From the NCBI GenBank assembly GCA_964367655.1, contig CAYIYJ010000001.1:1-53765 (forward strand): a stretch of 53,765 nucleotides of DNA. The letters are read 5' to 3'. The position numbers were made by a program, and so were the translations under genes. This stretch comes from an uncultured Candidatus Saccharibacteria bacterium (GTDB lineage: Bacteria > Patescibacteriota > Minisyncoccia > Phycocordibacterales > CAIZLB01). Within the stretch, counting starts at the first letter, position 1. The number at the start of each line of letters is the position of its first letter. Shown piece by piece: positions 10,922 to 21,374 of this stretch. The notes under the pieces are model-generated. The model was not told where the DNA came from. It saw only the letters and a program-made list of their open reading frames with translations, and searched no databases.

Positions 10922-12817
10922 ATGAAATACATCTATACAATAAAAGAGTACACAAAAGTGCTTTGGCAGTGCTTACGGTATGTTTATACTTTTGATAAAA
11001 AAGGTACTTTGGGTCGATTGGGAATCTTGATGATATTCCCTCTTATTGCAAACTTCTTAACTATCGCCAATGCACGATTAGCAGACGGTCTTCAGCAAAA
11101 TTTCGGCACAGGATTACTTTATATAATCATGCCTGTTTTTCTGGTGATTATCGGTTTAGAAATTCTTGATGAAACCTTTAGTTGGTTAAGTAGAAGTGTG
11201 ACTTGGGTGTGGCAAAGTAAACTAAGATTACTCATAGATGTGGAACGACAGAAAAAGAAATCAACATTCACAATCCCTTTCATTGATTCTGAAGATTACG
11301 ACACGTTGAACCAGCGGATTGATTACAGCGGTTCTGGTTTTAATGCACAGATCAACATGATCACAAATGTTCCTACATTAATACGTATTATCATAAACTC
11401 AGTATTTGCGGCAGGAATACTTTTTGCTTTTAGCCCCATGTTTATGGTACTGACATTGTTATCGATCATTCCAGGATTCTCCGTTGCTTTCACCCAACAG
11501 TTTGCTATGAGAAAAAACTGGGAAAAACATCTTACATACGGCCGACTCACCAGCGTATATGGAAAACATTTTGGTAATTACACAGCACTTAAAGATACAA
11601 AAGCTTCAGGATCCGCTGATAGAATCCTAGATATTTTTAGAACTCGCCGAGAGTGGTATCGTGACGAAAATTATAAGGTGTGGAAAAAATATCTTAATAT
11701 TGGATATATTACCAACCTACTAGCACTAGCAGTTGCGTTTACTGTTCAGTACTTTGTATTGAAAGATGCGATAGATGGACTTCTCATGATCGGACAGGCA
11801 ACACTTATAATCGCCCAGATTTTTAGATTGCAATCAAACCTAAAGGAACTTTCTTGGTTCCTACCAGATCAATATGAAAACGTTGTCGCTTGTAAATATC
11901 TATTCTTATACTTAGATACCAAAGAAAATACAGAAAACGTTGCTTTACCAACGCCTACACCAGACCTAACTAAAGGTATCACCCTACAAGATATCCAGTT
12001 TGAATACCCTGAAGTTATATTCAAAGAAATGCGAAAACTAAATGAAGAAATCGATACAGTTTCTGAAAAATATTTTGGACTTAAAAAAGAAGCAGACACT
12101 AAAGAATCCAAAAAGAAGGAAAGTTTTTCACTAACCATACCTACGTTGTCCATACAACCAGGAGAACGTGTCGCGATCGTTGGTAAAAATGGTAATGGTA
12201 AAACAACCTTTCTCCAGCTAATCTTGAATTTGTACCAACCTCAAAAAGGAACAATACATATATTCAACACACAGATACAGCATATGAATCAGGTAGATAT
12301 TCAAAAATACTACTCTATGCTATTTCAAGATTATGCTCAAACCGACTTGAAAGCTCATGAGTATATTGGTCTATCTGAGATAGATACTCCTGATCTTGAG
12401 CGTGTACAATGGGCTGCAAAACAAGCCACAGCAGATGAGTTTATTGAAAAGTGGAAAAACACATATACCCAACAACTCGGTATTTCTTTCAAAGGAGTGA
12501 AGCCTTCAAAAGGACAGTGGCAGAAACTTGCTCTTGCCCGTGCATTCTATAAAGATGCACCTATTCTCATCCTCGACGAACCAACTTCAGCCATAGATTC
12601 CATCTCGGCAAAAAAGATTTTTGAAAATCTTGCTCAATTTGATCCTAAAAAAATACTTCTGTTTGTATGCCACAACATGGTTGATATACCACTCGCAGCA
12701 ACACGAATACTTGTGTTCGATAAAGGTACGATAGTCGGTGATGGATCACACAAAACACTACTTAAGACTTGTGATGTATATAAAGAACTATACGAAAGCG
12801 AAAAAGGTGGAAAGTAA
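10922..12817 (+). CDS. ABC transporter, fused permease/ATP-binding protein (exporter type)
   Basis: N-terminal TM domain, Walker A GKNGNGKTT, signature SKGQWQKLALARA, Walker B ILILDEPTS. I prefer the ATG at 10922 over the track's GTG at 10916, which sits 2 nt after the -10 box. Confidence 0.88.
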   Translation: MKYIYTIKEYTKVLWQCLRYVYTFDKKGTLGRLGILMIFPLIANFLTIANARLADGLQQNFGTGLLYIIMPVFLVIIGLEILDETFSWLSRSVTWVWQSKLRLLIDVERQKKKSTFTIPFIDSEDYDTLNQRIDYSGSGFNAQINMITNVPTLIRIIINSVFAAGILFAFSPMFMVLTLLSIIPGFSVAFTQQFAMRKNWEKHLTYGRLTSVYGKHFGNYTALKDTKASGSADRILDIFRTRREWYRDENYKVWKKYLNIGYITNLLALAVAFTVQYFVLKDAIDGLLMIGQATLIIAQIFRLQSNLKELSWFLPDQYENVVACKYLFLYLDTKENTENVALPTPTPDLTKGITLQDIQFEYPEVIFKEMRKLNEEIDTVSEKYFGLKKEADTKESKKKESFSLTIPTLSIQPGERVAIVGKNGNGKTTFLQLILNLYQPQKGTIHIFNTQIQHMNQVDIQKYYSMLFQDYAQTDLKAHEYIGLSEIDTPDLERVQWAAKQATADEFIEKWKNTYTQQLGISFKGVKPSKGQWQKLALARAFYKDAPILILDEPTSAIDSISAKKIFENLAQFDPKKILLFVCHNMVDIPLAATRILVFDKGTIVGDGSHKTLLKTCDVYKELYESEKGGK

Positions 12818-12859
12818 AACTAAATACAAAAATAGAAACGTCTGATACAATATATATCT

Positions 12860-13441
12860 ATGAAAAAAATTGTACTCGATATTGAAACTCAGAACACCTT
12901 TGCCGAAGTTGGAAAGAACGACCCAACAGCACTCGATCTATCGATCATGTGTATATACGAATCAGATACAAATAAATACAGTAGCTACACCATCGAAACA
13001 CTCCCCTCACTATGGCCCATTCTTGAAGCTGCAGATCTTATCATCACCTACAACGGAGATCACTTTGACCTACCGATACTAAACAAATACTACAATGGAG
13101 ACCTAACCAAGATGCGTCACGTTGACCTCTTAAAAGAAATTCAGAAAGTTATCGGCCGACGAGTTGGATTGGATTCAGTTGCGCAAGCCACACTCAATAA
13201 AGGTAAAAGCGGTAACGGTTTGGAAGCTATTACCTGGTGGAAAAAAGGAGAAATTCAGAAAATCATTGATTATTGTATGAAAGATGTGGAGGTTACCAAG
13301 AACGTATACGAACATGCTATCAAAGAACAAAAGCTCTTCTATATGGATGGCACAGAAAAAAGAACTGTCCCTCTCGATACACGTAGCTGGGAAAAGACGT
13401 TGGATCAAAACATACGCATGACATACAGTCTACCTTTTTAA
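12860..13441 (+). CDS. RNase H-fold 3'-5' exonuclease-like protein (DEDD type)
   Basis: 193 aa with IVLDIETQ (Exo I-like), YNGDHFDLPIL (Exo II-like) and DYCMKDVE (Exo III-like). Confidence 0.6.
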   Translation: MKKIVLDIETQNTFAEVGKNDPTALDLSIMCIYESDTNKYSSYTIETLPSLWPILEAADLIITYNGDHFDLPILNKYYNGDLTKMRHVDLLKEIQKVIGRRVGLDSVAQATLNKGKSGNGLEAITWWKKGEIQKIIDYCMKDVEVTKNVYEHAIKEQKLFYMDGTEKRTVPLDTRSWEKTLDQNIRMTYSLPF

Positions 13442-13479
13442 TAGTGGAATATTACTGAGGGGTTGATATAATACTCCTC

Positions 13480-14253
13480 ATGGAACCAACAACAACACCG
13501 CCAGTAGTAGAGACTACTACTGTAGCAAAACGTCAATGGACAACACCTTTAGCAATCGTTATTGCAGGTGCATTGATTGCATTTGGACTTTCACAACAAA
13601 GCCCTGCAAAAACAGATAACAAAGCTCTTATCAACAACGCCCTTAATGAACCTAAGATCGAGGTTGCACCTATCTCTTCAGTAGATCACATACGAGGTAG
13701 TAAAGATGCAGATGTTATCTTTATCGAGTACTCAGACATTGAGTGCCCATTCTGTCAGATGTATCAAGTAACAATGGAGCAAGCATACAAAGAGTATGGC
13801 AAGGATAAGAAGTTTGCTTGGGTATATCGACACTTCCCACTCGCATACGGAAAAGATCCTTTGCACCCAACATCTGCAAAAGCTTCAGAAGCAACAGAGT
13901 GTGTAAACGAACTTGGAGGAGAAGACGCTTTCTGGACATATCTTGATACAGTCTATGCGTCTATTGATCATCAGAAAGGAGGACTTGTTATGTCTAGTCT
14001 AACAGACATCGCTGTTAAGCAAGGTATCGATAAAGCAAAGTTCACAGCATGTCTTGATAGTGGAAAATACGCAAACAAGATCAAAGAATCTTACGACGCA
14101 GGTACAAAAGCTGGTGCTCGAGGAACACCCTATACAGTTGTATTATTCAAAGATCAACATATTCCTCTAGTAAATCCTGAGGGTAATAGTCTTGGCGCTC
14201 TACCATACGAAGTAGTTGCGAGAATCATCCAAGAATTGTTGAGTAAGAAATAA
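13480..14253 (+). CDS. DsbA-family thiol:disulfide oxidoreductase, membrane anchored
   Basis: N-terminal TM segment, the CPFC active site in a thioredoxin-fold context, and GTPYTVV. Confidence 0.8.
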   Translation: MEPTTTPPVVETTTVAKRQWTTPLAIVIAGALIAFGLSQQSPAKTDNKALINNALNEPKIEVAPISSVDHIRGSKDADVIFIEYSDIECPFCQMYQVTMEQAYKEYGKDKKFAWVYRHFPLAYGKDPLHPTSAKASEATECVNELGGEDAFWTYLDTVYASIDHQKGGLVMSSLTDIAVKQGIDKAKFTACLDSGKYANKIKESYDAGTKAGARGTPYTVVLFKDQHIPLVNPEGNSLGALPYEVVARIIQELLSKK

Positions 14254-14285
14254 AAAACTGATCCATAGCGTCATATAAAAACATA

Positions 14286-14315
14286 AAAACCTTTGTAAAC
14301 ACAAGGGTTTTTATT
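14286..14315 (+). terminator. intrinsic terminator-like hairpin after the dsbA-like gene
   Basis: AACCTTTG / CAAGGGTT stem with loop TAAACA, followed by TTTTATTAT. Confidence 0.5.
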
Positions 14316-14344
14316 ATGCAATAATCCAGTATAATACATATTAC

Positions 14345-17300
14345 ATGCCATTCACCCACCTCCACACCCATAGCCACTACAGTCTTCTGCAGGCAGTACC
14401 CAAGGTAGATGACCTTATATCAAGAGCCAAAGCTTATGGAATGAGTGCAGTTGCTCTAACTGACAACGGTAACATGTACGGAGCAATCGAGTTTTATAAA
14501 GAATGCAAAAGTGCAGGAATCAAACCTATCATTGGCGTAGATTTTTATGTAGCAAATCGTACACGACATGACAAAGAAGGCCGTCTTGATACAAAGAAAA
14601 CACGTCATATTTTATTGGCAAAAAATTATGAAGGATATCTCAATCTTATTAAACTAGTTACCGATTCATATATTGAAGGTTATTACTACCGACCACGATT
14701 GGATGCAGAGCTTATTGCAAAATACAACAAAGACCTTGTGTGTATTATTCCCTTTATATACAGCAAAGTTTCTGATGCTTTAAAGATGGACGATGAAGAA
14801 ACAGCTCATAAAGAATTACTTTTTTTACAAGAGACCTACGGCGTTGATTCTGTATTTTATGAAGTAACCCGACACGTTGATATCATTGATGATAATCAGA
14901 TAGAAGCTCGAGTGTTGCGATTTATTCAAAAATACAACGTACAGCCGGTTGCAACTAACGATGTCTTTTACATGGACCCAGAGGATAAAAAAGCTCGGGC
15001 AACCATGATGTCGGTACAATCAAATTCACCTGAACGTTTTGTGGAAGATGACACCGACTATTCGTTCATCTCCCCTGCTCGAGTTGAAGAACTTTTTGTT
15101 TCCGAGACAGATCCGTCGCTTGACGCACTATACAAAAAAGCTGTTGAGAACACATCTGTCATAACTGATATGTGTAATTGGGAAATAGAACTTGGTAAGT
15201 GGGTATTTCCAAAGATCAATCTACCAGAAGGAAAAAATGCTGACGAAGCATTACGTGATGTTGTGTATCAAGGTTTTGAAAAACGAGGTGTGCCCAAAAG
15301 TGAAGACATTCTTAAACGTGTTGAGTACGAACTTGAAGTTATTAAAACCAAAGGATATTCACCGTATTTTTTGATTGTGTCTGATCTTCTAGCATATGCC
15401 AAACAAAATGAAATCCTTTCCAACATTCGTGGATCAGTGTCTGGATCTATGGTTACATACCTCTCAGGTATCACACACATTGATCCGCTCGAATTCCAGA
15501 TTCCATTTGAACGTTTTCTAAACCCAGAACGTCCATCAGCTCCAGATATCGACATGGACTACGCCGATGATAGACGCGATGACATGGTGGATTATGCACG
15601 ACGTAAGTACGGTATTGATAAGGTGGCCCAGATCGGAACCTTTGGAACCATGGCCGCGAAAGGTAGTGTGAAAGACGTAGCGCGAGCTCTTGGTTTTCCA
15701 TATACACTTGGAGATCAGATCTCAAAGATGATACCGCTCGGTTCACAAGGTTTTTTGATGACTATCAAACACGCACTTGAGATAACTCCAGAATTACAAG
15801 AGTTGTACAATAAAAATGCTGATGTACGCACAATCATCGACATGGCACAAAAGATCGAAGGCTGTGCCCGACACATTTCTGTACACGCGGCCGGTGTGGT
15901 TATCTCACCTACTGAGTTAACAGATTTTACCCCACTCCAATACGATACGAAAGGAGAAAATAAAATCATCAGTCAATATGATATGTACTCTATTGAAGAG
16001 GCAGGTCTTTTGAAGTTTGACTTCTTGGGTTTGAAAAACTTAAAGATTATCTATCAGTGTAAGCAGATGGTAAAGAATAATTACAATGTTGACATCGATA
16101 TTGACAACCTTGCACTCGATGATAAAAAAACATTTGAGATGTTGGCACGTGGGGAAACAGAAGACTTGTTTCAGCTGAACGGAGATGGTATGACCAAATA
16201 TCTGGTTGATCTTAAACCAACAACCATTCACGATATCAACGCTATGGTGGCGCTTTATCGACCTGGACCTATTCAGTTTATTCCTCTGTACATCGAACGA
16301 AAGCACAATCCTTCTCTTATCACCTATGCCGATCCTCTCCTTGAAGAAATCTTGTACAAAACATACGGGGTTCTTGTGTACCAAGACGACTTGTTGATGA
16401 TGGCCCATAAGATTGCTGGATATAGTTGGGGTGAAGTGGACAAGTTCCGTAAGGCTGTAGGTAAAAAAATTCCAGAAGAGATGGCCCTACAAAAAGAAAA
16501 ATTTATTAAAGGGTGCGTATCTCACAGTGGTTGGAGTGATAAAAAAGCTCGTGACGTATGGAAATGGATCGAACCGTTTGCATCATACGGATTCAACAAA
16601 GCTCACTCTGTGTCATACGGTCGAGTTGCATATATCACCGCATATCTTAAAGCAAACTTTCCTAGTGAATACATGGCAGCTATTCTTACAGCTGAAGCTG
16701 GAGATACAGATAACGTAGCGGTGTCCATCAAAGAATGCCGTCGTATGAGCATTGCCATACTACCACCTGATATCAATGAGAGTTTTGGAACATTTACCGT
16801 AGTAAAAAATTATCAAGAGATTGACGGTGTATCAAAAGATGCTATTCGATTCGGACTATACAGTGTTAAGAACTTCGGTGAAGCAATTGCCGATGTCATC
16901 ATCGCCAATAGAAAAGAACATGGCCCGTTTACAAGTATCGAAAACTTTCTTGAACGAATACAGGAACGAGCTCTCAACAAAAAATCAATGGAGGCACTTA
17001 TAAAAACTGGTGCAATGGATTGCTTTGGTGATCGAGTGGAACTACTTGCAAATCTTGACAGATATCTTGACTACAATCGAGAGCAGGCGAAAAAAGATAT
17101 ATCTCAAGGTGATCTGTTTGGACTATTCGCAGCATCAGAACCACAAGTTGAAATAGTTATTAAGAAAGAAGTATCACCTGAACAAAAACAGCAATATCTT
17201 CTTTGGGAAAAAGAATTACTTGGTTTTTACATCTCTGGTCACCCACTAGATAAGTATCGAGCTGTGCTTGAAAAAAGAGATGTTGATATTGCAAAAGTTC

Positions 17301-17572
17301 TTGTTGAAGGAAAAGAAGAAAGTGTATACATACTAGGAGGTATCGTGGAAAACATGAAAGAGATTCCTACAAAAAAAGATCCACTAAAACGAATCATGTT
17401 TTTCACATTGAAAGATCTCTCTGGCGAGATCGAGGTTGTTGTATTTCCAAAACAGATAGCTGAAGCTCGGCCTATTATCCAAAACGAAACATGTATCGTA
17501 CTCAAGGGTAAATTCTCCATTCGAGAGGATAAAAAAGGTCTGATGTTTGAGAATGCAAAGAAGTTGACATAA
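14345..17572 (+). CDS. dnaE: DNA polymerase III alpha subunit
   Basis: 1075 aa with an N-terminal PHP domain (HLHTHSHYSLLQA), the polymerase core (PDIDMDY) and a C-terminal OB fold. Confidence 0.95.
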   Translation: MPFTHLHTHSHYSLLQAVPKVDDLISRAKAYGMSAVALTDNGNMYGAIEFYKECKSAGIKPIIGVDFYVANRTRHDKEGRLDTKKTRHILLAKNYEGYLNLIKLVTDSYIEGYYYRPRLDAELIAKYNKDLVCIIPFIYSKVSDALKMDDEETAHKELLFLQETYGVDSVFYEVTRHVDIIDDNQIEARVLRFIQKYNVQPVATNDVFYMDPEDKKARATMMSVQSNSPERFVEDDTDYSFISPARVEELFVSETDPSLDALYKKAVENTSVITDMCNWEIELGKWVFPKINLPEGKNADEALRDVVYQGFEKRGVPKSEDILKRVEYELEVIKTKGYSPYFLIVSDLLAYAKQNEILSNIRGSVSGSMVTYLSGITHIDPLEFQIPFERFLNPERPSAPDIDMDYADDRRDDMVDYARRKYGIDKVAQIGTFGTMAAKGSVKDVARALGFPYTLGDQISKMIPLGSQGFLMTIKHALEITPELQELYNKNADVRTIIDMAQKIEGCARHISVHAAGVVISPTELTDFTPLQYDTKGENKIISQYDMYSIEEAGLLKFDFLGLKNLKIIYQCKQMVKNNYNVDIDIDNLALDDKKTFEMLARGETEDLFQLNGDGMTKYLVDLKPTTIHDINAMVALYRPGPIQFIPLYIERKHNPSLITYADPLLEEILYKTYGVLVYQDDLLMMAHKIAGYSWGEVDKFRKAVGKKIPEEMALQKEKFIKGCVSHSGWSDKKARDVWKWIEPFASYGFNKAHSVSYGRVAYITAYLKANFPSEYMAAILTAEAGDTDNVAVSIKECRRMSIAILPPDINESFGTFTVVKNYQEIDGVSKDAIRFGLYSVKNFGEAIADVIIANRKEHGPFTSIENFLERIQERALNKKSMEALIKTGAMDCFGDRVELLANLDRYLDYNREQAKKDISQGDLFGLFAASEPQVEIVIKKEVSPEQKQQYLLWEKELLGFYISGHPLDKYRAVLEKRDVDIAKVLVEGKEESVYILGGIVENMKEIPTKKDPLKRIMFFTLKDLSGEIEVVVFPKQIAEARPIIQNETCIVLKGKFSIREDKKGLMFENAKKLT

Positions 17573-17592
17573 CTACTTATAGGTGATATTAT
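17564..17592 (+). promoter_or_regulatory. near-consensus promoter overlapping the dnaE stop codon
   Basis: TTGACA (17564-17569), a 17-nt spacer, then TGaTATTAT with hexamer at 17587-17592 (extended -10). Confidence 0.6.
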
Positions 17593-17598
17593 GTATTT

Positions 17599-17732
17599 GT
17601 TGGCCGAGGTTTGCTGCCATGGTCCACAGCAAGTCAGTTCTGACGGCGACACCGGGTTTCCAGGTACTTTCTCCGGTAAACCCAAATCAGAGCTGACAGC
17701 CCGGGAGAAGCAATTCTCCTGGGCGCTTTTTT
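17599..17732 (+). ncRNA. candidate small structured RNA 1 (class unknown)
   Basis: Bracketed by the promoter above and the hairpin CCCGGGAGAAGCAATTCTCCTGGG plus T-run (17700-17732). Internal helices: GTCAGTTC/GAGCTGAC, GGGTTT/AAACCC and TGCTG/CAGCA. The only ORF here is an implausible 60-aa track ORF (17591-17773). Confidence 0.4.
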
Positions 17733-17747
17733 ATTCACATATGACTG

Positions 17748-17776
17748 TTGACACATTATCCTGTTCAGGATAATCT
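17748..17776 (+). promoter_or_regulatory. second promoter with a palindrome in the spacer
   Basis: TTGACA (17748-17753), a 17-nt spacer, then TAATCT; alternatively GATAAT with a 15-nt spacer. The spacer contains the perfect inverted repeat ATTATCCT-gttc-AGGATAAT (17755-17774). Confidence 0.4.
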
Positions 17777-17782
17777 ATATAT

Positions 17783-17874
17783 GCAACGACTTAGGTCTTG
17801 CATGCCACAAGGTCGGCGCCCTGAAAAGTTTCGGGTGGTTCCAGACACAGGGCGCCGGCCACAGCACTTTTTTT
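17783..17874 (+). ncRNA. candidate small structured RNA 2 (class unknown)
   Basis: 13-bp GC-rich stem GGTCGGCGCCCTG / CAGGGCGCCGGCC enclosing a 24-nt loop, then ACAGCAC and a T7 run (17868-17874). Confidence 0.35.
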
Positions 17875-17899
17875 AAATTTTGTTGGTAACGAGGAACCG

Positions 17900-17955
17900 C
17901 CTCCTCTCGCATAGACTTTCATCAGTTGTTTGTGTCGAGAGGAGGCCCTTTTTTT
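17900..17955 (+). terminator. third hairpin plus T-run (terminator, or the 3' end of a third small RNA)
   Basis: CCTCCTCTCG (17900-17909) pairs with CGAGAGGAGG (17936-17945), followed by CCC and T7. There is no T-run on the minus-strand side, so it is oriented for the + strand. Confidence 0.5.
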
Positions 17956-17960
17956 ATATA

Positions 17961-19214
<1,254 letters not shown>

Positions 19215-19220
19215 TCAAGC

Positions 19221-19484
19221 TTAAGAAAAAATCAATGCTGCAAATATAACAGTAAGAATTAGTGGTACTCCTAGTACAAATTGCATCGTCTTCGAATACT
19301 TATTCACTCCTTGGAAACACAAGATTGCAATAACGGATAAAACACCTAATGCCCATGTAGCATATTCTATAGAACCATGGAATAAAAAGTTGACCAAGTC
19401 TCTGAACAAGAAGACAGAGGCTGCCTGTACAATGTTTAACACAAACAAGAAGACAACCAGAGGTTTATTAGGTTCATTATTCAT
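19221..19484 (-). CDS. small integral membrane protein, unknown function
   Basis: 87 aa with three hydrophobic helices. No homology recognised. Confidence 0.5.
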   Translation of the reverse strand: MNNEPNKPLVVFLFVLNIVQAASVFLFRDLVNFLFHGSIEYATWALGVLSVIAILCFQGVNKYSKTMQFVLGVPLILTVIFAALIFS

Positions 19485-19538
19485 GAAGTTATTTTACCAT
19501 ACAAAAAGACCTAGAACCCTAGATCTTTTATATAACCC

Positions 19539-21278
19539 CTACTTCTTCTCCTCAATCTCTTTCTTCAAAAATACGATCACATCCGAAATAGTCTTTGGAT
19601 CTAATTTCCCTGTTCGTCCTTCAAGTGACATCTCGCCAGACTCCATCTCTTTATCACCAATCACAATCACATATGGAATCTTTTCTGTTTTTGCATTTCG
19701 AACTTTTTTACCAAGACTCTCACTTGATTGATCAATCTCAGCGCGAATACCTGCATTTTTTAATTCTGTATATACATCATGTGCAAAGTCTGCTTGTCGC
19801 TCGCCGATAGGTACAACTTTTACTTGGACTGGCGATAGCCATGTTGGGAATGCTCCGGCGAAGTGTTCGATAACAACACTTAAGAATCGCTCAATAGATC
19901 CCATGATAGCAACGTGCAACATCACAACGTCTTCCTTCTCACCTTTTTCATTAATACAAAATAGCTCAAATCGTTTTGGCATCACAAAATCCAATTGGAT
20001 AGTTGCAACTTGATGAGTTCGCCCTATTGCATCCTTAGCCATGAAGTCAATCTTTGGACCATAAAAAGCGGCTTCGCCTGGACCGTCAATCCATTCTTTT
20101 GTGTGAGAAAGAATAACGTTTTTCAGTGTTTCTTCTGCAATGTCCCAATTACCAGTATCACCAAGATATTTTTCTGGATTCGCAGGATCTCGTCTAGACC
20201 ACCGAGGTGTAATCTGTGTTAAACCGAATGTGGAATAAAACTCGTTAATAATATTCCACACATTTTCAACCTCTTGATTGATCTGACTTACTCGACAAAA
20301 TACATGAGCATCATCTTGTGTGATACACAACACTCGAGAGAGACCTGAAAGTTCTCCTGATTGCTCATCTCTATACACAGCAGTTGTCTCACAATATCTT
20401 TGTGGCATATCTCTATAACTACGCATCTCTGAATCAAAGATCTGGGTATGGTGAGGACAATTCATCGGCTTCATTGCATACACATGCTTCTCTCGCGTCT
20501 CGATCTTAAACAAATCATCTTTGTATTTATCCCAATGTCCAGATTTTTCATACAGATCTTTTTTTGTGATATGAGGAATGGATACTTTTTGATATGCATA
20601 TCTAGATCGCAATTCCATAACATAATCGTTCAACACTTCTCGAAGAACTGTTCCTTTTGGTGTCCACAAAGGAAGACCTGGACCAACTAACTCTGAAAAT
20701 GTAAACAGACCAAGCTCTTTACCGAGTTTTTTATGATCCCGCTTCTTCGCCTCCTCAAGCATATTCAAGTGCTCATCCAACGCCGCCTTATTCTCAAATG
20801 CCAAACCGTAGATACGAGTAAGCATCTTATTTTTCTCATTACCCTTCCAATACGCTCCTGCAAGACGACTCAACATAAAAGACTCAGGGTCAATCTTACT
20901 CATATCTTCAACATGACCTCCTCGACATAGATCTAGGAAGTTTCCAGACTTATACAATGTGATCTGTTCACCTCGAGCGATAATATCTTCAATGAGTTCA
21001 AGTTTGTATGGATTATTCTTAAAGTAATCTCGTGCAAAATCCGCATCAACATCCTGTTTTTCAAATGCAGTCCATGTTGGAAGAATCTCTTTCATCTTAG
21101 CTTCAATAGTTTTCAGATCTTCTTCTCCAACTTTTGGCATATCAATATCATAGTAAAAACCATCATCTACAGCAGGACCGATAGTTACTTGAGAGGTTGG
21201 ATACAGTTCCAATACAGCCGCAGCTAAAAGATGGGCTAATGAGTGCCGGATATTCTCTATAGGGTCATTATGTTTCAT
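19539..21278 (-). CDS. thrS: threonine--tRNA ligase (lacks N-terminal TGS/N1 region)
   Basis: HSLAHLLAAAV editing-domain motif, class II core (FRDEQSGELSGLSRV, GPGEAAFYGPKIDF) and a C-terminal anticodon-binding domain. I prefer the start at M57 (21278) because the track's N-terminal extension overlaps tyrS and reads as junk. Confidence 0.9.
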   Translation of the reverse strand: MKHNDPIENIRHSLAHLLAAAVLELYPTSQVTIGPAVDDGFYYDIDMPKVGEEDLKTIEAKMKEILPTWTAFEKQDVDADFARDYFKNNPYKLELIEDIIARGEQITLYKSGNFLDLCRGGHVEDMSKIDPESFMLSRLAGAYWKGNEKNKMLTRIYGLAFENKAALDEHLNMLEEAKKRDHKKLGKELGLFTFSELVGPGLPLWTPKGTVLREVLNDYVMELRSRYAYQKVSIPHITKKDLYEKSGHWDKYKDDLFKIETREKHVYAMKPMNCPHHTQIFDSEMRSYRDMPQRYCETTAVYRDEQSGELSGLSRVLCITQDDAHVFCRVSQINQEVENVWNIINEFYSTFGLTQITPRWSRRDPANPEKYLGDTGNWDIAEETLKNVILSHTKEWIDGPGEAAFYGPKIDFMAKDAIGRTHQVATIQLDFVMPKRFELFCINEKGEKEDVVMLHVAIMGSIERFLSVVIEHFAGAFPTWLSPVQVKVVPIGERQADFAHDVYTELKNAGIRAEIDQSSESLGKKVRNAKTEKIPYVIVIGDKEMESGEMSLEGRTGKLDPKTISDVIVFLKKEIEEKK

Positions 21279-21374
21279 TTTTTGATAGTAGCATATATTG
21301 AGGGGATTTTCAGTATATATTAACTGATATATGACCCCTTGCCACCCACCCCAAAAACCCGCATACTTATCTAC

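Noticed and set aside
17591-17773. Assigning the dnaE-tgt gap RNAs to tmRNA, RNase P RNA, SRP RNA or 6S RNA; also the 60-aa and 148-aa ORFs there
   Set aside because: I found none of the universal motifs of those RNAs, and the 5' and 3' ends do not pair as 6S RNA would require. The ORFs cross strong hairpins and terminators. I kept the region as unknown small RNA candidates only.
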